From assembly GCA_043738095.1 (NCBI GenBank), contig JAYSZI010000039.1:10684-74683 (forward strand): a DNA stretch of 64,000 nt. The letters are read 5' to 3'. Position 1 is the stretch's first letter. Every line of letters starts with the position of its first letter. Both the position numbers and the translations under genes were made by a program. Source of the stretch: Lysobacter sp. (GTDB lineage Bacteria; Pseudomonadota; Gammaproteobacteria; Xanthomonadales; Xanthomonadaceae). The notes beneath the pieces were generated by a model that worked only from the letters and a program-made list of their open reading frames with translations, ran no database searches and was not told the DNA's origin. Below are positions 29,701 through 37,756 of the stretch, one piece after another.

Positions 29701-32593
29701 CGGCCGGCAGACGGTCGCGCTGCCGACCGAGCAACCCGGCGATTTCGTGCTGGAAGTGCGTGGCAGCGATGGCAAGGCGCTCAACCAGATCGCGTTCTCG
29801 GTCGCGGGCGCGGCCAACCTGTCGCGCTCGCTGGAACGTAATGCCGAGCTCGCGCTGACCCTGTCCAAGCCGAGCTACAGCCCGGGCGAGACCATCGAAG
29901 TCAGCGTGCGCGCGCCCTACCCCGGCAGCGGCCTGATCACGATCGAACGCGACCGCGTCTACGCCCACGTGTGGTTCCGCGCCGACACCACCGGCAGCGT
30001 GCAGAAGATCCAGCTGCCCGCGGATTTCGAGGGCAATGGCTACGTCAACGTGCAGTTCCTGCGCGATCCGAACTCCGACGAGATCTTCATGAGCCCGCTG
30101 TCGTTCGGTGTGGCGCCGTTTGCGGTGGACCGTGCCGCGCGCACGCAAGCGCTGCGCGTCAGCGTGCCGGCGGTGGCCAAGCCGGGCGTGCCGATCGCGG
30201 CCGACATCACCACGCCCGGCAAGGCGCGGGTGGTGCTGTTCGTGGTCGACGAAGGCATCCTGCAGGTCGCGCGCTACCGCGTCGGCGATCCGCTCGATCA
30301 TTTCTTCAAGAAGAAGATGCTGCAGGTCGGTACCGCGCAGATTCTCGATCTGATGCTGCCCGAGTTCAGCCGCATCGCCGCGCTCAGTGCGCCCGGTGGC
30401 GACGGCGAAGGCGACCTGGCCAAGCACCTCAATCCGTTCAAACGCAAATCGGAAAAACCGGCGGTGTGGTGGTCGGGGATCTTCGATGTCGATGGCCACA
30501 AGCAGGTCAAGTTCACCCTGCCCGACCACTTCAACGGCCAGGTGCGCGTGGTCGCGGTCGCGGTCACGCCCGAGCGGATTGGCCTGGCGGAAACCAAGAT
30601 GGTGATCCGCGGCGATTTCGTGCTGACGCCGACGGTGCCAACGCATCTGGCGCCGGGCGACGAGTTCGACCTGCCGGTCGGGATTGCCAATACGATCGCT
30701 GGCGCCAAGACCGCCACGACTGTCACCACCACGCTGAAACTGCCACCGTCACTGACCTTGGTCGGCGCCGCGCCGTCGGCGTTGTCGCTGGCACCGGGGC
30801 GCGAAGCCACGGTGCGTTTCCGGGTTCGTGCGGGCAGCGCTCTGGTCAGTGCGCCGATTGTCGTGATCGCGCAATCGGGCAAGTACCGCGCGCAACGGCG
30901 GATCGAAGTGTCGTTGCGCCCGGCGACTGTCGCGCGTCAGGACCTGCGCGTCGGCCGCGCCGATCAAGCGGTCGTGCTGAAGAACCTGCGGCCGATGTTC
31001 AACCAGCGCGCGACGCGGCAGCTGTCGGCCTCGGTGTCGCCGCTGGTCGCGCTCGACGGCTTCACGTCCTACCTCAACAACTACCCGTACCTGTGTACCG
31101 AACAGATCGTGAGCCAGGCGATGCCGGCACTGGTGCTCGGCGCGCATCCGGAGTTCGGCAAGGTCGTTGGCGCGCGCGCGTCGAAACCGAGCGCGAGACT
31201 GATCGACGCGTTGCGTTCGCGCCAGAACAGCGAAGGCGGCCTCGGTTTGTGGCTGGCGACACCCGATGCCGATCTGTTCGTCTCGGGCTATGCCGCGCTG
31301 TACCTGCTGGAAGCGCGCGAGCGCGGCAAGCCGGTGCCCGACGACATGCTCGCGGCACTCAACCGCTATCTGGAAGCGCAGGCTACCGACCGCAGCGGCA
31401 ACGATCTGGCGGCATTGCGCAGCCGCGCGCTCGCGGTGTACCTGCTGATCCGCCAGGGCCGCACCGCCAGCAACCTGCTCGGCGCGGTGCATGAGCAGCT
31501 CAAGCGCGACCAGCCCAAACGCTGGGAAAACGATGCGGCCGGATTGTTCATCGCCGCGAGCTACCAGCTGCTGCAGCAGGACAAGGCCGCACACGCGCTC
31601 GCGAGCAAGGCGATCGTCCGCGCGAACCGCGCCGCGCCCGCGACCGGGTTTGGCTACGCGTACTTCTACGATCCTGGCATCGAGAACGCGTGGACCGTGT
31701 ACCTGATCAACAAGCACTTCCCGGCGATGACGAAACAGCTGCAGCCCGTCGCGCTCGAGCGCCTGCTCGATCCGCTGCGCAACAACAGCTACAACACGTT
31801 GTCCTCGGCGCTGACCGTGCTGGCGATGGACGCCTACGCCGCCGCCAACCGGACCTCGCCGTTGCCGACGCTGCAAGCCGCGGGCAAGGACGGCAAGCGC
31901 CGCAACATCGGCGTGGCGACGGGTCAGATCGCGCGCGGCGCGTTCGCCGCGACCGACGCCCAGTTGTGGGTCGCGCCGGCGGACAAGGTCCCGGTCTGGT
32001 ACTTGCTCAACCAGAGCGGGTTTGATCGCGCCCCGCCGAAGGCCGCACAAAGCCACGGCCTCGAAGTGATCCGCGACTACCTCGACAGCGCCGGCAAGCC
32101 GGTCACCACGCTGACCCAGGGCGACGAGGTCACCGTGCGCCTGCGCGTGCGCGCGCTCGGTGCCAGTGCGCGCGGCGACATCGCGATCGTCGATCTGCTG
32201 CCGGGCGGTTTCGAGCCGGTGCTGCAGCAACCCGTGCTCGCGGTCAAGGCAGCCAGCGACGATGAGGCCGACTACGAGGAATGCGACGGCGAAGACTGTG
32301 GCGATGAAGCAGACGATGGCTCGGCCCAGGCCAGCGCAGCACCACCGGCGCCGACGTTGGCCCTGCCCGGCTCCAGCTTCCAGCCGCAACACGTCGAGCA
32401 GCGCGAAGATCGCATCGTCCTGTTCGGTAACGTCAGCAGCCAAGTCAGCGAGTTCCGCTACCGCGTGCGCGCCAACAACAGCGGCCGCTTCGTGGTGCCG
32501 CCGATCTACGCCGAATCGATGTACGAACGCGCGGTGTATGCGCAGGGCGGCCCCGCCGGCACCCTGCAGGTGACCCCGCCGAAGCGGCCATGA
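26702..32593 (+). CDS. Large bacterial alpha-2-macroglobulin family protein (1963 aa) with a thioester motif, anchored by an N-terminal TM helix
   Basis: Thioester CTEQ in YPYLCTEQIVSQ (31094..31105). Repeated MG-type beta-sandwich regions. Followed by pbpC, as in the known A2M-PbpC pairing. The N-terminus is Pro-rich, followed by the TM helix LYLGSAAALIAIAGLSYWLL, with no lipobox. Confidence 0.9.
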   Translation: MPQNSPPSPPALPAGSPAPAPGLGQRLFGQVDWVPPPWLAALLAKVRLRPALYLGSAAALIAIAGLSYWLLTRPTPIVPGALEVEVHTPALTDYTKTPAKIDTLRLSFSDSAAPIAKVGNAPDGISVQPEIKGAWSWSDDKTLVFTPASDWPVGQRYQVSIDKKRALAPKVHLVEDEFEFATAPFTATLSKSEFYQDPVDQNLKKGVYELGFSHPVDAAQFERRIALQLSDSAGTKLGAPGHTVSYDERRLKAWIHSQPLKLPENGGVLKLELARGVRSLLGGEGSKDALKGDVALPSLYSVNVTAITPTLVDNERFEPEQVLVVEFNNAMRDTEVARAVTVWLLPSKNSKLPVKEQRANYPWSDSEIDEALLKQSKPLTLTTMPTEREYIEAHSFKFSAPPGRRLYVRVGKGLKAFGGFILGANHATVATVPDYPQLLRFIGDGALLSLRGERRISLVSRNVANARLEIARVLPEQLQHLAFANQGSYTKPYLEGIEADSLVERVEKRLQLPADNPAKAHYEGVDLGEFLKPSRRGVFMLSLRTLDAHDSQRPAAETLGNDVGEEQDQRLVVLTDLGIIVKKALDGRRDVFVQSLAQGTPVAGAQVRAIARNGETLVEVATDDAGRARLPSLEDFKREKRPVMLTVTQGDDFSFLPIDDSGRVLDYSRFDIGGEPNDIEAGALNAFLFSDRGLYRPGDTINLGMIVRAADWKRPLTGLPLELVLTDPRGTVAKRQRLKLDDAGFLSVNYTSAESAPSGTWEANLYLLGKDDRRTAIGSTSVQVREFAPDTMRVRAQLSSDNPQGWIKPEELSALVTLENLFGTPAQQRRVAATIVLRPAFPNFPAYPDYQFFDPQRAKEGYDETLGDAVSDNDGHAKFAIDLKKYERATYQLSFLARAYEPGSGRNVAAQTSALVSSNDHLVGIKAKEELAYLKRGAKHAVQLLTIGQNGKPKAVAGLHAVVVEKRFVSVLTKQDSGIYRYVSHERRFDRKDQLLQLGGGRQTVALPTEQPGDFVLEVRGSDGKALNQIAFSVAGAANLSRSLERNAELALTLSKPSYSPGETIEVSVRAPYPGSGLITIERDRVYAHVWFRADTTGSVQKIQLPADFEGNGYVNVQFLRDPNSDEIFMSPLSFGVAPFAVDRAARTQALRVSVPAVAKPGVPIAADITTPGKARVVLFVVDEGILQVARYRVGDPLDHFFKKKMLQVGTAQILDLMLPEFSRIAALSAPGGDGEGDLAKHLNPFKRKSEKPAVWWSGIFDVDGHKQVKFTLPDHFNGQVRVVAVAVTPERIGLAETKMVIRGDFVLTPTVPTHLAPGDEFDLPVGIANTIAGAKTATTVTTTLKLPPSLTLVGAAPSALSLAPGREATVRFRVRAGSALVSAPIVVIAQSGKYRAQRRIEVSLRPATVARQDLRVGRADQAVVLKNLRPMFNQRATRQLSASVSPLVALDGFTSYLNNYPYLCTEQIVSQAMPALVLGAHPEFGKVVGARASKPSARLIDALRSRQNSEGGLGLWLATPDADLFVSGYAALYLLEARERGKPVPDDMLAALNRYLEAQATDRSGNDLAALRSRALAVYLLIRQGRTASNLLGAVHEQLKRDQPKRWENDAAGLFIAASYQLLQQDKAAHALASKAIVRANRAAPATGFGYAYFYDPGIENAWTVYLINKHFPAMTKQLQPVALERLLDPLRNNSYNTLSSALTVLAMDAYAAANRTSPLPTLQAAGKDGKRRNIGVATGQIARGAFAATDAQLWVAPADKVPVWYLLNQSGFDRAPPKAAQSHGLEVIRDYLDSAGKPVTTLTQGDEVTVRLRVRALGASARGDIAIVDLLPGGFEPVLQQPVLAVKAASDDEADYEECDGEDCGDEADDGSAQASAAPPAPTLALPGSSFQPQHVEQREDRIVLFGNVSSQVSEFRYRVRANNSGRFVVPPIYAESMYERAVYAQGGPAGTLQVTPPKRP

Positions 32594-32605
32594 ATCTTGT
32601 TGTTG

Positions 32606-32764
32606 CTCGTCATTCCAGCGAAGGAGGGGCACTTGAGTCCGTCATCCCCGCGAACCCGGGAACGCTTTTGTTCGTCATTCCCGCGAACGCGGGAATCCAG
32701 TGTCTTTGCTTTCAAAGGCTGGAAGTCACTGGATCCCCGCGTTCGCTGGGATGGCGATTAATTC
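32606..32764. repeat. Cluster of 3-4 REP-like palindromic units in the A2M-pbpC spacer
   Basis: GTCATCCCCGCGAACCCGGGAA (32641-), GTCATTCCCGCGAACGCGGGAATCCAG (32674-, perfect 8-bp palindrome TTCCCGCG-aa-CGCGGGAA), an inverted copy GGATCCCCGCGTTCGCTGGGAT (32741-), and a degenerate copy CGTCATTCCAGCGAAGGAGG (32608-). Confidence 0.7.
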
Positions 32765-32767
32765 TTG

Positions 32768-35158
32768 ATGGGCGTCCTCTCACCAATGCGACGTTTCCTG
32801 CGGCCGGCGGTAGCACTTGTTGTGCTGGCAATCGTCGCCCTGGTGGTTGTGCGCCTCTGGCCGCGCCCGCCGCTGTCGCAGTCGATGCCATTGTCGACCG
32901 CGGTGTACGACCGCCAGGACCATCTGTTGCGGCTCACCACCGCGGCCGACCAGCGCTATCGGCTGTGGCTGCCGCTGGAGCAGATATCGCCGACGCTAAT
33001 TGAAGCCGTGCTGCTGCACGAGGACGTGTGGTTTCGGCGCCATCCCGGCTTCAATCCGATCAGCCTCGCGCGCGGCGCCTGGAGCACCTACGTCAGCGGT
33101 GGCGCGCGCATCGGCGGTTCCACCCTCACCATGCAGCTCGCGCGCCTGCGCTGGGGCCTGGACACGCGCAGCGCGCGCGGCAAGCTCGTGCAGATCCTGC
33201 GCGCGCTGCAGTTGGAAGCGAGCTATAGCAAGGACGACATCCTCGAGGCTTACCTCAACCTCGCGCCTTACGGCGGCAACATCGAAGGCGTGGCCGCGGC
33301 GAGCCTGATCTATTTCCGCAAGCCGGCCGCGCAACTGACGCTGTCCGAGGCGCTGGTGCTGGCCGTGCTGCCGCAGGCGCCGTCGCGACGCGGCAAGCTC
33401 AGCGCCCGCGTCCTTCGACAAGCTCAGGATGAACGGAGCGAGTTCTATCTCGGCCCGGGCCTCCAAGCCGCACGCGCGCGCCTGTACGCCCGCTGGCGCG
33501 CGCAACACGGCAGCGACCCGGCCCACGACGCGCTGCTGCAATTGCCACTGCGGCTGCGCAGCCCGAACGAGTTGCCGTTCAAGTCGCCGCATCTGGTCGA
33601 ACGCGTGCTCGCCCAGCGCAGCTGGCATCCGCTCACCGGCCCCGAGTTGCACACCACGCTCGACACCCGCCTGCAACGCCTGCTCGAAGAACGCGTGCGC
33701 AACCACCTGCAGCGCGGGCGCGAACGCGGTTTGCGCAACGCGACCGTGATGCTGGTCGATACCCGTGACATGGGCGTGCGCGCGCTGGTCGGTTCAGCCG
33801 ATTATTTCGACGCGAGCATCGATGGCCAGGTCAACGGCGCGGCCGCCAAGCGTTCGCCGGGGTCGACGCTCAAGCCTTTCATCTACGCGCTGGCACTGGA
33901 CCAAGGGGTGCTGCATCCGGCGACCGTGCTGCGCGACGTGCCGACCGCGTTCGGCCCGTACACGCCGGAGAATTTCGACGGCCGCTTCCTCGGCCCGGTC
34001 ACCGCCACAGACGCGCTGATCCGCAGCCGCAACATTCCCGCGGTCGGGGTCGCCGCCCAGCTGTCGCAGCCGAGTTTCTACGAGTTCCTGCGCCGCGCCG
34101 GCATCGGCCAACTTTCCAGCGAACAGCATTACGGCCTCGCGCTGGTGCTCGGCGGTGGGGAAGTGACGATGGAGGAACTCACGCGCCTGTACGCGATGCT
34201 CGGCAACGACGGTCGCCTGCGTTCGCTGCGCTGGCGCGAGGACGATCCGGTCGAGGTCGGAACGGCGCTGCTCAGCCCGGAAGCGGCATTCATCACCCGC
34301 GACATGCTGCGCCAAAACCCGCGTCCCGACGCGGGCGCGTTGCAGGCGGCCAGCACCTTGCCGGTGTACTGGAAGACCGGCACCTCGTGGGGGTTCCGCG
34401 ATGCCTGGAGCGCGGGGCTGGTCGGCCCCTACGCGCTGGTGGTGTGGCTCGGCAACTTCGATGGCTCCGGCAATCCGGCATTGATCGGCGTGGACGCGGC
34501 CGCGCCGCTGTTCTTCGACATCGTCGATGGCCTGCAGGCCGCCGGCGTCGACCTGGCCGAACCCGCGCGGCAGTGGCCGCTGAACCTCAAGCGCGTGAAG
34601 GTCTGCCGGGCCAGCGGCGACCTGCCCAACGCGGAGTGCCCGCAGCGTGGCGAGACCTGGTTCATTCCGGGCAAATCGCCGATCCGGATCAGCCGCGTGC
34701 ACCGTTCCGTAGCGGTCGATCGCGTCAGCGGCCGCGTCGCCTGCGGCGCGTTCGATCCGCTCACGATGCGCCGGGAAGTGTTCGAGTTCTGGCCATCCGA
34801 CCTCGCGCGCGTGTTCGCCCAGGCCGGCATCCCGCGCCGGCGGCCGCCGCCGGGCAGCGACTGCGTCGAGGCGCAGACCTGGCTCGGCTCGGCGCCGCAG
34901 ATCACCTCGCCCTACCGCGCCACCCGCTACACGCTGCGCCTGTCGCATCCGGAACAGGTCGAGCTGGAACTCGCCGCGACCGTCGACGCCGATGTCGCGC
35001 GCCTGTACTGGTTCGTCAGCGACAGCTACATCGGTAGTGCCGCGCCGGGCACGACGTTGAACTGGACCCCGGATCGCGCCGGCCACTTTCGTTTGTCGGT
35101 CGTCGACGACCACGGCCGCCACGACGAGCGCGAGATCGACGTCGCGCTGGTGCAGTGA
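32768..35158 (+). CDS. pbpC: Penicillin-binding protein 1C (bifunctional transglycosylase/transpeptidase-like)
   Basis: GT51 motif LHEDVWFRRHPGFNP; transpeptidase motifs STLK, SRN and KTGTS; C-terminal PbpC domain. Start taken as ATG 32768; Met 32786 is also possible. Confidence 0.9.
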   Translation: MGVLSPMRRFLRPAVALVVLAIVALVVVRLWPRPPLSQSMPLSTAVYDRQDHLLRLTTAADQRYRLWLPLEQISPTLIEAVLLHEDVWFRRHPGFNPISLARGAWSTYVSGGARIGGSTLTMQLARLRWGLDTRSARGKLVQILRALQLEASYSKDDILEAYLNLAPYGGNIEGVAAASLIYFRKPAAQLTLSEALVLAVLPQAPSRRGKLSARVLRQAQDERSEFYLGPGLQAARARLYARWRAQHGSDPAHDALLQLPLRLRSPNELPFKSPHLVERVLAQRSWHPLTGPELHTTLDTRLQRLLEERVRNHLQRGRERGLRNATVMLVDTRDMGVRALVGSADYFDASIDGQVNGAAAKRSPGSTLKPFIYALALDQGVLHPATVLRDVPTAFGPYTPENFDGRFLGPVTATDALIRSRNIPAVGVAAQLSQPSFYEFLRRAGIGQLSSEQHYGLALVLGGGEVTMEELTRLYAMLGNDGRLRSLRWREDDPVEVGTALLSPEAAFITRDMLRQNPRPDAGALQAASTLPVYWKTGTSWGFRDAWSAGLVGPYALVVWLGNFDGSGNPALIGVDAAAPLFFDIVDGLQAAGVDLAEPARQWPLNLKRVKVCRASGDLPNAECPQRGETWFIPGKSPIRISRVHRSVAVDRVSGRVACGAFDPLTMRREVFEFWPSDLARVFAQAGIPRRRPPPGSDCVEAQTWLGSAPQITSPYRATRYTLRLSHPEQVELELAATVDADVARLYWFVSDSYIGSAAPGTTLNWTPDRAGHFRLSVVDDHGRHDEREIDVALVQ

Positions 35159-35391
35159 AGCGGATGCCACCGCAGGGCCTCGGAGCAGACCCTCCAGCCA
35201 GGAATGCTTCAACTATTGATGCGGGAAGGGCTGCCGGCATCAACGCTTGTCGGTAACGACGGGAATGCCGACCAGTCTCTAATAATAGGCATTAATATCA
35301 GTAACATATGCTATGTAATTAATGTTACATGGCAGTTTCAGTTCGGCACCTCGCCACGCAGATCCGCGACCTAGTTTTCGCCCGTGCCCTT

Positions 35392-36762
35392 TCAATCCTG
35401 CTGCGCCTGTTGCCGCGCAGCGCGCAGGCGATCGAGCTTATCCTTGAGCTTGATCTCAAGCCCGCGCTCAACGGGCTGGTAGTACTCCTGCTCCCCCATC
35501 GCGTCGGGAAAACCGCTCTGCCCCAGCGCTACCCCACCGACCGCGTCGTGATCGTACTGATAGCCCTGGGCGTACCCCAGTTCTTTCATCAGCTTGCTGG
35601 GTGCATTGCGCAGGTGCATCGGAACGTCTTGTGTGCCGTACTCGGCCACGTCGCGTTTGGCTGCATTGAACGCGACGTATGCGGCATTGGATTTCGCGGT
35701 TGTCGCGAGGTAGATCACCAGTTGCGCGAGCGCCAGTTCGCCTTCGGGACTGCCCAGGCGTTCGTAGGTATCCCAGGCTGCGATCGCCATCTGCAGCGCG
35801 CGCGGATCGGCCAGTCCAACATCCTCGACCGCCATGCGGGTCAGCCGCCGCGCCAGGTAGTTGGGGTCGCAACCGCCATCGAGCATGCGCGCGAGCCAGT
35901 ACACCGCGGCATCGGGATTAGAGCTGCGCACCGATTTGTGCAGCGCCGAAATCTGGTCGTAGAACTGATCACCACCCTTGTCGAAACGTCGCGTGCGATC
36001 AGCCAACACCTGGACCAGCGTCGCCTCGGTGATGGTCCCACCCTGGCCTTGCGTATCGCCGCCCTCGGCCAGCCCCGCGGCGATTTCGAGCAGGGTCAGC
36101 CCACGGCGCACATCGCCATCCGCGGCGCCGGCTATTTGTACGAGCGCTGCATCGGACACCTGCAGGCGCTGCCCACCGAGGCCACGCTCGCCATCGTCGA
36201 GGGCGCTGCGCAACGCCAGCAGGATGTCGTCGACGGACACCGAGTCCATCACGTGCACGCGGCAACGCGACAGCAAAGCGGAATTCAATTCGAACGACGG
36301 ATTTTCCGTAGTGGCCCCGACAAACAAGATGGTGCCGCGCTCGATGTGAGGCAGGAACGCATCCTGCTGCGTCTTGTTAAAGCGATGCACCTCGTCGACG
36401 AACAAAACGGTGTGGCGGCCGTCGGCGAACCGGTGCGCAGCCTCCGCCAAGACTTGGCGCACCTCCGGCAAGCCCGACAGCACCGCGGAGATCGCCTTGA
36501 ACTCCGCGTCGGCATAGCGCGCTAGCAGCAGCGCCAGCGTGGTCTTGCCGCACCCCGGCGGGCCCCACAGGATCATCGAGTGGACGTGGCCGGACTCGAT
36601 TGCCCGCCGCAATGCCGAGCCGGGCGCCAGCAGGCGCCGCTGTCCGACCATGTCGTCAAGGGTGCGCGGACGCATGCGCTCCGCCAACGGGCGCATGGCG
36701 GCGCGATCGACGCTTAGCAGATCGGGCTCATTGGGATGATTTGAAACGGGGCGCCGGGCCAC
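35392..36762 (-). CDS. rarA: Replication-associated recombination protein A (AAA+ ATPase RarA/MgsA)
   Basis: Walker A GPPGCGKTT, Walker B LFVDEVHRFNK, and a C-terminal MgsA domain ...YQYDHD... Confidence 0.95.
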   Translation of the reverse strand: MARRPVSNHPNEPDLLSVDRAAMRPLAERMRPRTLDDMVGQRRLLAPGSALRRAIESGHVHSMILWGPPGCGKTTLALLLARYADAEFKAISAVLSGLPEVRQVLAEAAHRFADGRHTVLFVDEVHRFNKTQQDAFLPHIERGTILFVGATTENPSFELNSALLSRCRVHVMDSVSVDDILLALRSALDDGERGLGGQRLQVSDAALVQIAGAADGDVRRGLTLLEIAAGLAEGGDTQGQGGTITEATLVQVLADRTRRFDKGGDQFYDQISALHKSVRSSNPDAAVYWLARMLDGGCDPNYLARRLTRMAVEDVGLADPRALQMAIAAWDTYERLGSPEGELALAQLVIYLATTAKSNAAYVAFNAAKRDVAEYGTQDVPMHLRNAPSKLMKELGYAQGYQYDHDAVGGVALGQSGFPDAMGEQEYYQPVERGLEIKLKDKLDRLRAARQQAQQD

Positions 36763-36851
36763 AGACGATCTGCAGTTGCATTACGGATCAATATGTTGCC
36801 GAAAATTACCGCGAGGCGATACAAGACCGCTCCGACAAACCGCGATCGAAA

Positions 36852-37568
36852 TCAGCGAATGGCGACCGGCGTGCCAGGGCGATCGGCCCAGTTGGACGTG
36901 GTGCCCAGTTCGTAGTCGACCCGCAGCCACTGGCCGTTGCGACGGTCGTAGAGCGCCTCCACTTGCGCGGCCGTAGCGCCGTCGGCACCGAAGTCGGCCG
37001 TGCCCACACCATTGACCTGCAAGTAGCGCTGGCCAACGGCCATGGTGGTTACGTGCTCCATCACCATTGCCACGGATTGCTGCGGAAATTCCTCGCGCAG
37101 GGCGGCATCGACCTTGTTCGTCAACCCTGCTGCGAGTTTGGAGTCACCTTCGATTTCGTTGCCTTCCGGTGCGCCGCCGATCTTCAAGCGCGGGTAGCTG
37201 ACCGTTGTGCCCACGGTGTCGTACAAGGCTGAAAACTGGAACGGAATCCAGTCGAGATCTCCGCCCAGCTGCAGGCGGCCTTCACCACTGACGGTGCGGT
37301 CGCGCACGCTGACCGGGTCCACGGCCACCGTGTCGAGCTTGACGGCCACTTCGCGCTCACCGAATTGCTTGGCCACCGCGCCAATCACTGCCGCAGCGAC
37401 CGCGCCGTCGAGCGCTTCGCCGCCCTCGATGCGTGACTCTGGGGCTGTCTCCAAGGCCTGCGCCCGGATCGCCACGGGCGTATCGGCTGAAACACTCTGC
37501 GCGCCTATTGCCATGACGGCGATAACAGCAGAAGTGAGCAGAGCGAAAACGGGCGCTGGATGCTGCAT
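36852..37568 (-). CDS. Exported protein of unknown function (238 aa)
   Basis: Signal peptide MQHPAPVFALLTSAVIAVMAIGAQSVSA. No motif that I recognise. Two weakly similar halves, each containing ...V.G.G....G.D....ALYD...G. Confidence 0.55.
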   Translation of the reverse strand: MQHPAPVFALLTSAVIAVMAIGAQSVSADTPVAIRAQALETAPESRIEGGEALDGAVAAAVIGAVAKQFGEREVAVKLDTVAVDPVSVRDRTVSGEGRLQLGGDLDWIPFQFSALYDTVGTTVSYPRLKIGGAPEGNEIEGDSKLAAGLTNKVDAALREEFPQQSVAMVMEHVTTMAVGQRYLQVNGVGTADFGADGATAAQVEALYDRRNGQWLRVDYELGTTSNWADRPGTPVAIR

Positions 37569-37756
37569 GGCAAGTCCTAGATTGCGAGGCCGCGCCGTTT
37601 GGCGCTGCGTGCATGGACTGTCTCTCGTGTGCCGTGCACGAGCTGTGAGTTAGACGCCGTAAGGGTGAACCGGTATTAACGCCGCAAATGAACGGCCTAA
37701 GTTCGACATTGGCTGCTCGTTATTGCTGCCGGTACCCGGGGCTCCCCGCCGGGTGA

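Noticed and set aside
26627-32632. Two giant minus-strand ORFs (1339 aa at 26627..30646 and 627 aa at 30749..32632) antisense to the alpha-2-macroglobulin gene
   Set aside because: Their translations are Arg/Ala/Gly/His/Asp-rich with no motifs, which is typical of shadow ORFs in high-GC DNA. The plus strand encodes a colinear, motif-bearing A2M (CTEQ thioester).
32606-32764. Repeat cluster considered as a small CRISPR array
   Set aside because: The units are short palindromes in mixed orientation with irregular spacing and no unique spacers of uniform length, and there are no cas genes. This fits REP elements instead.
33794-35212. 472-aa minus-strand ORF antisense to pbpC
   Set aside because: Shadow ORF. 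The plus strand has all the PBP1C motifs (EDxxFxxHxG, STLK, SRN, KTG).
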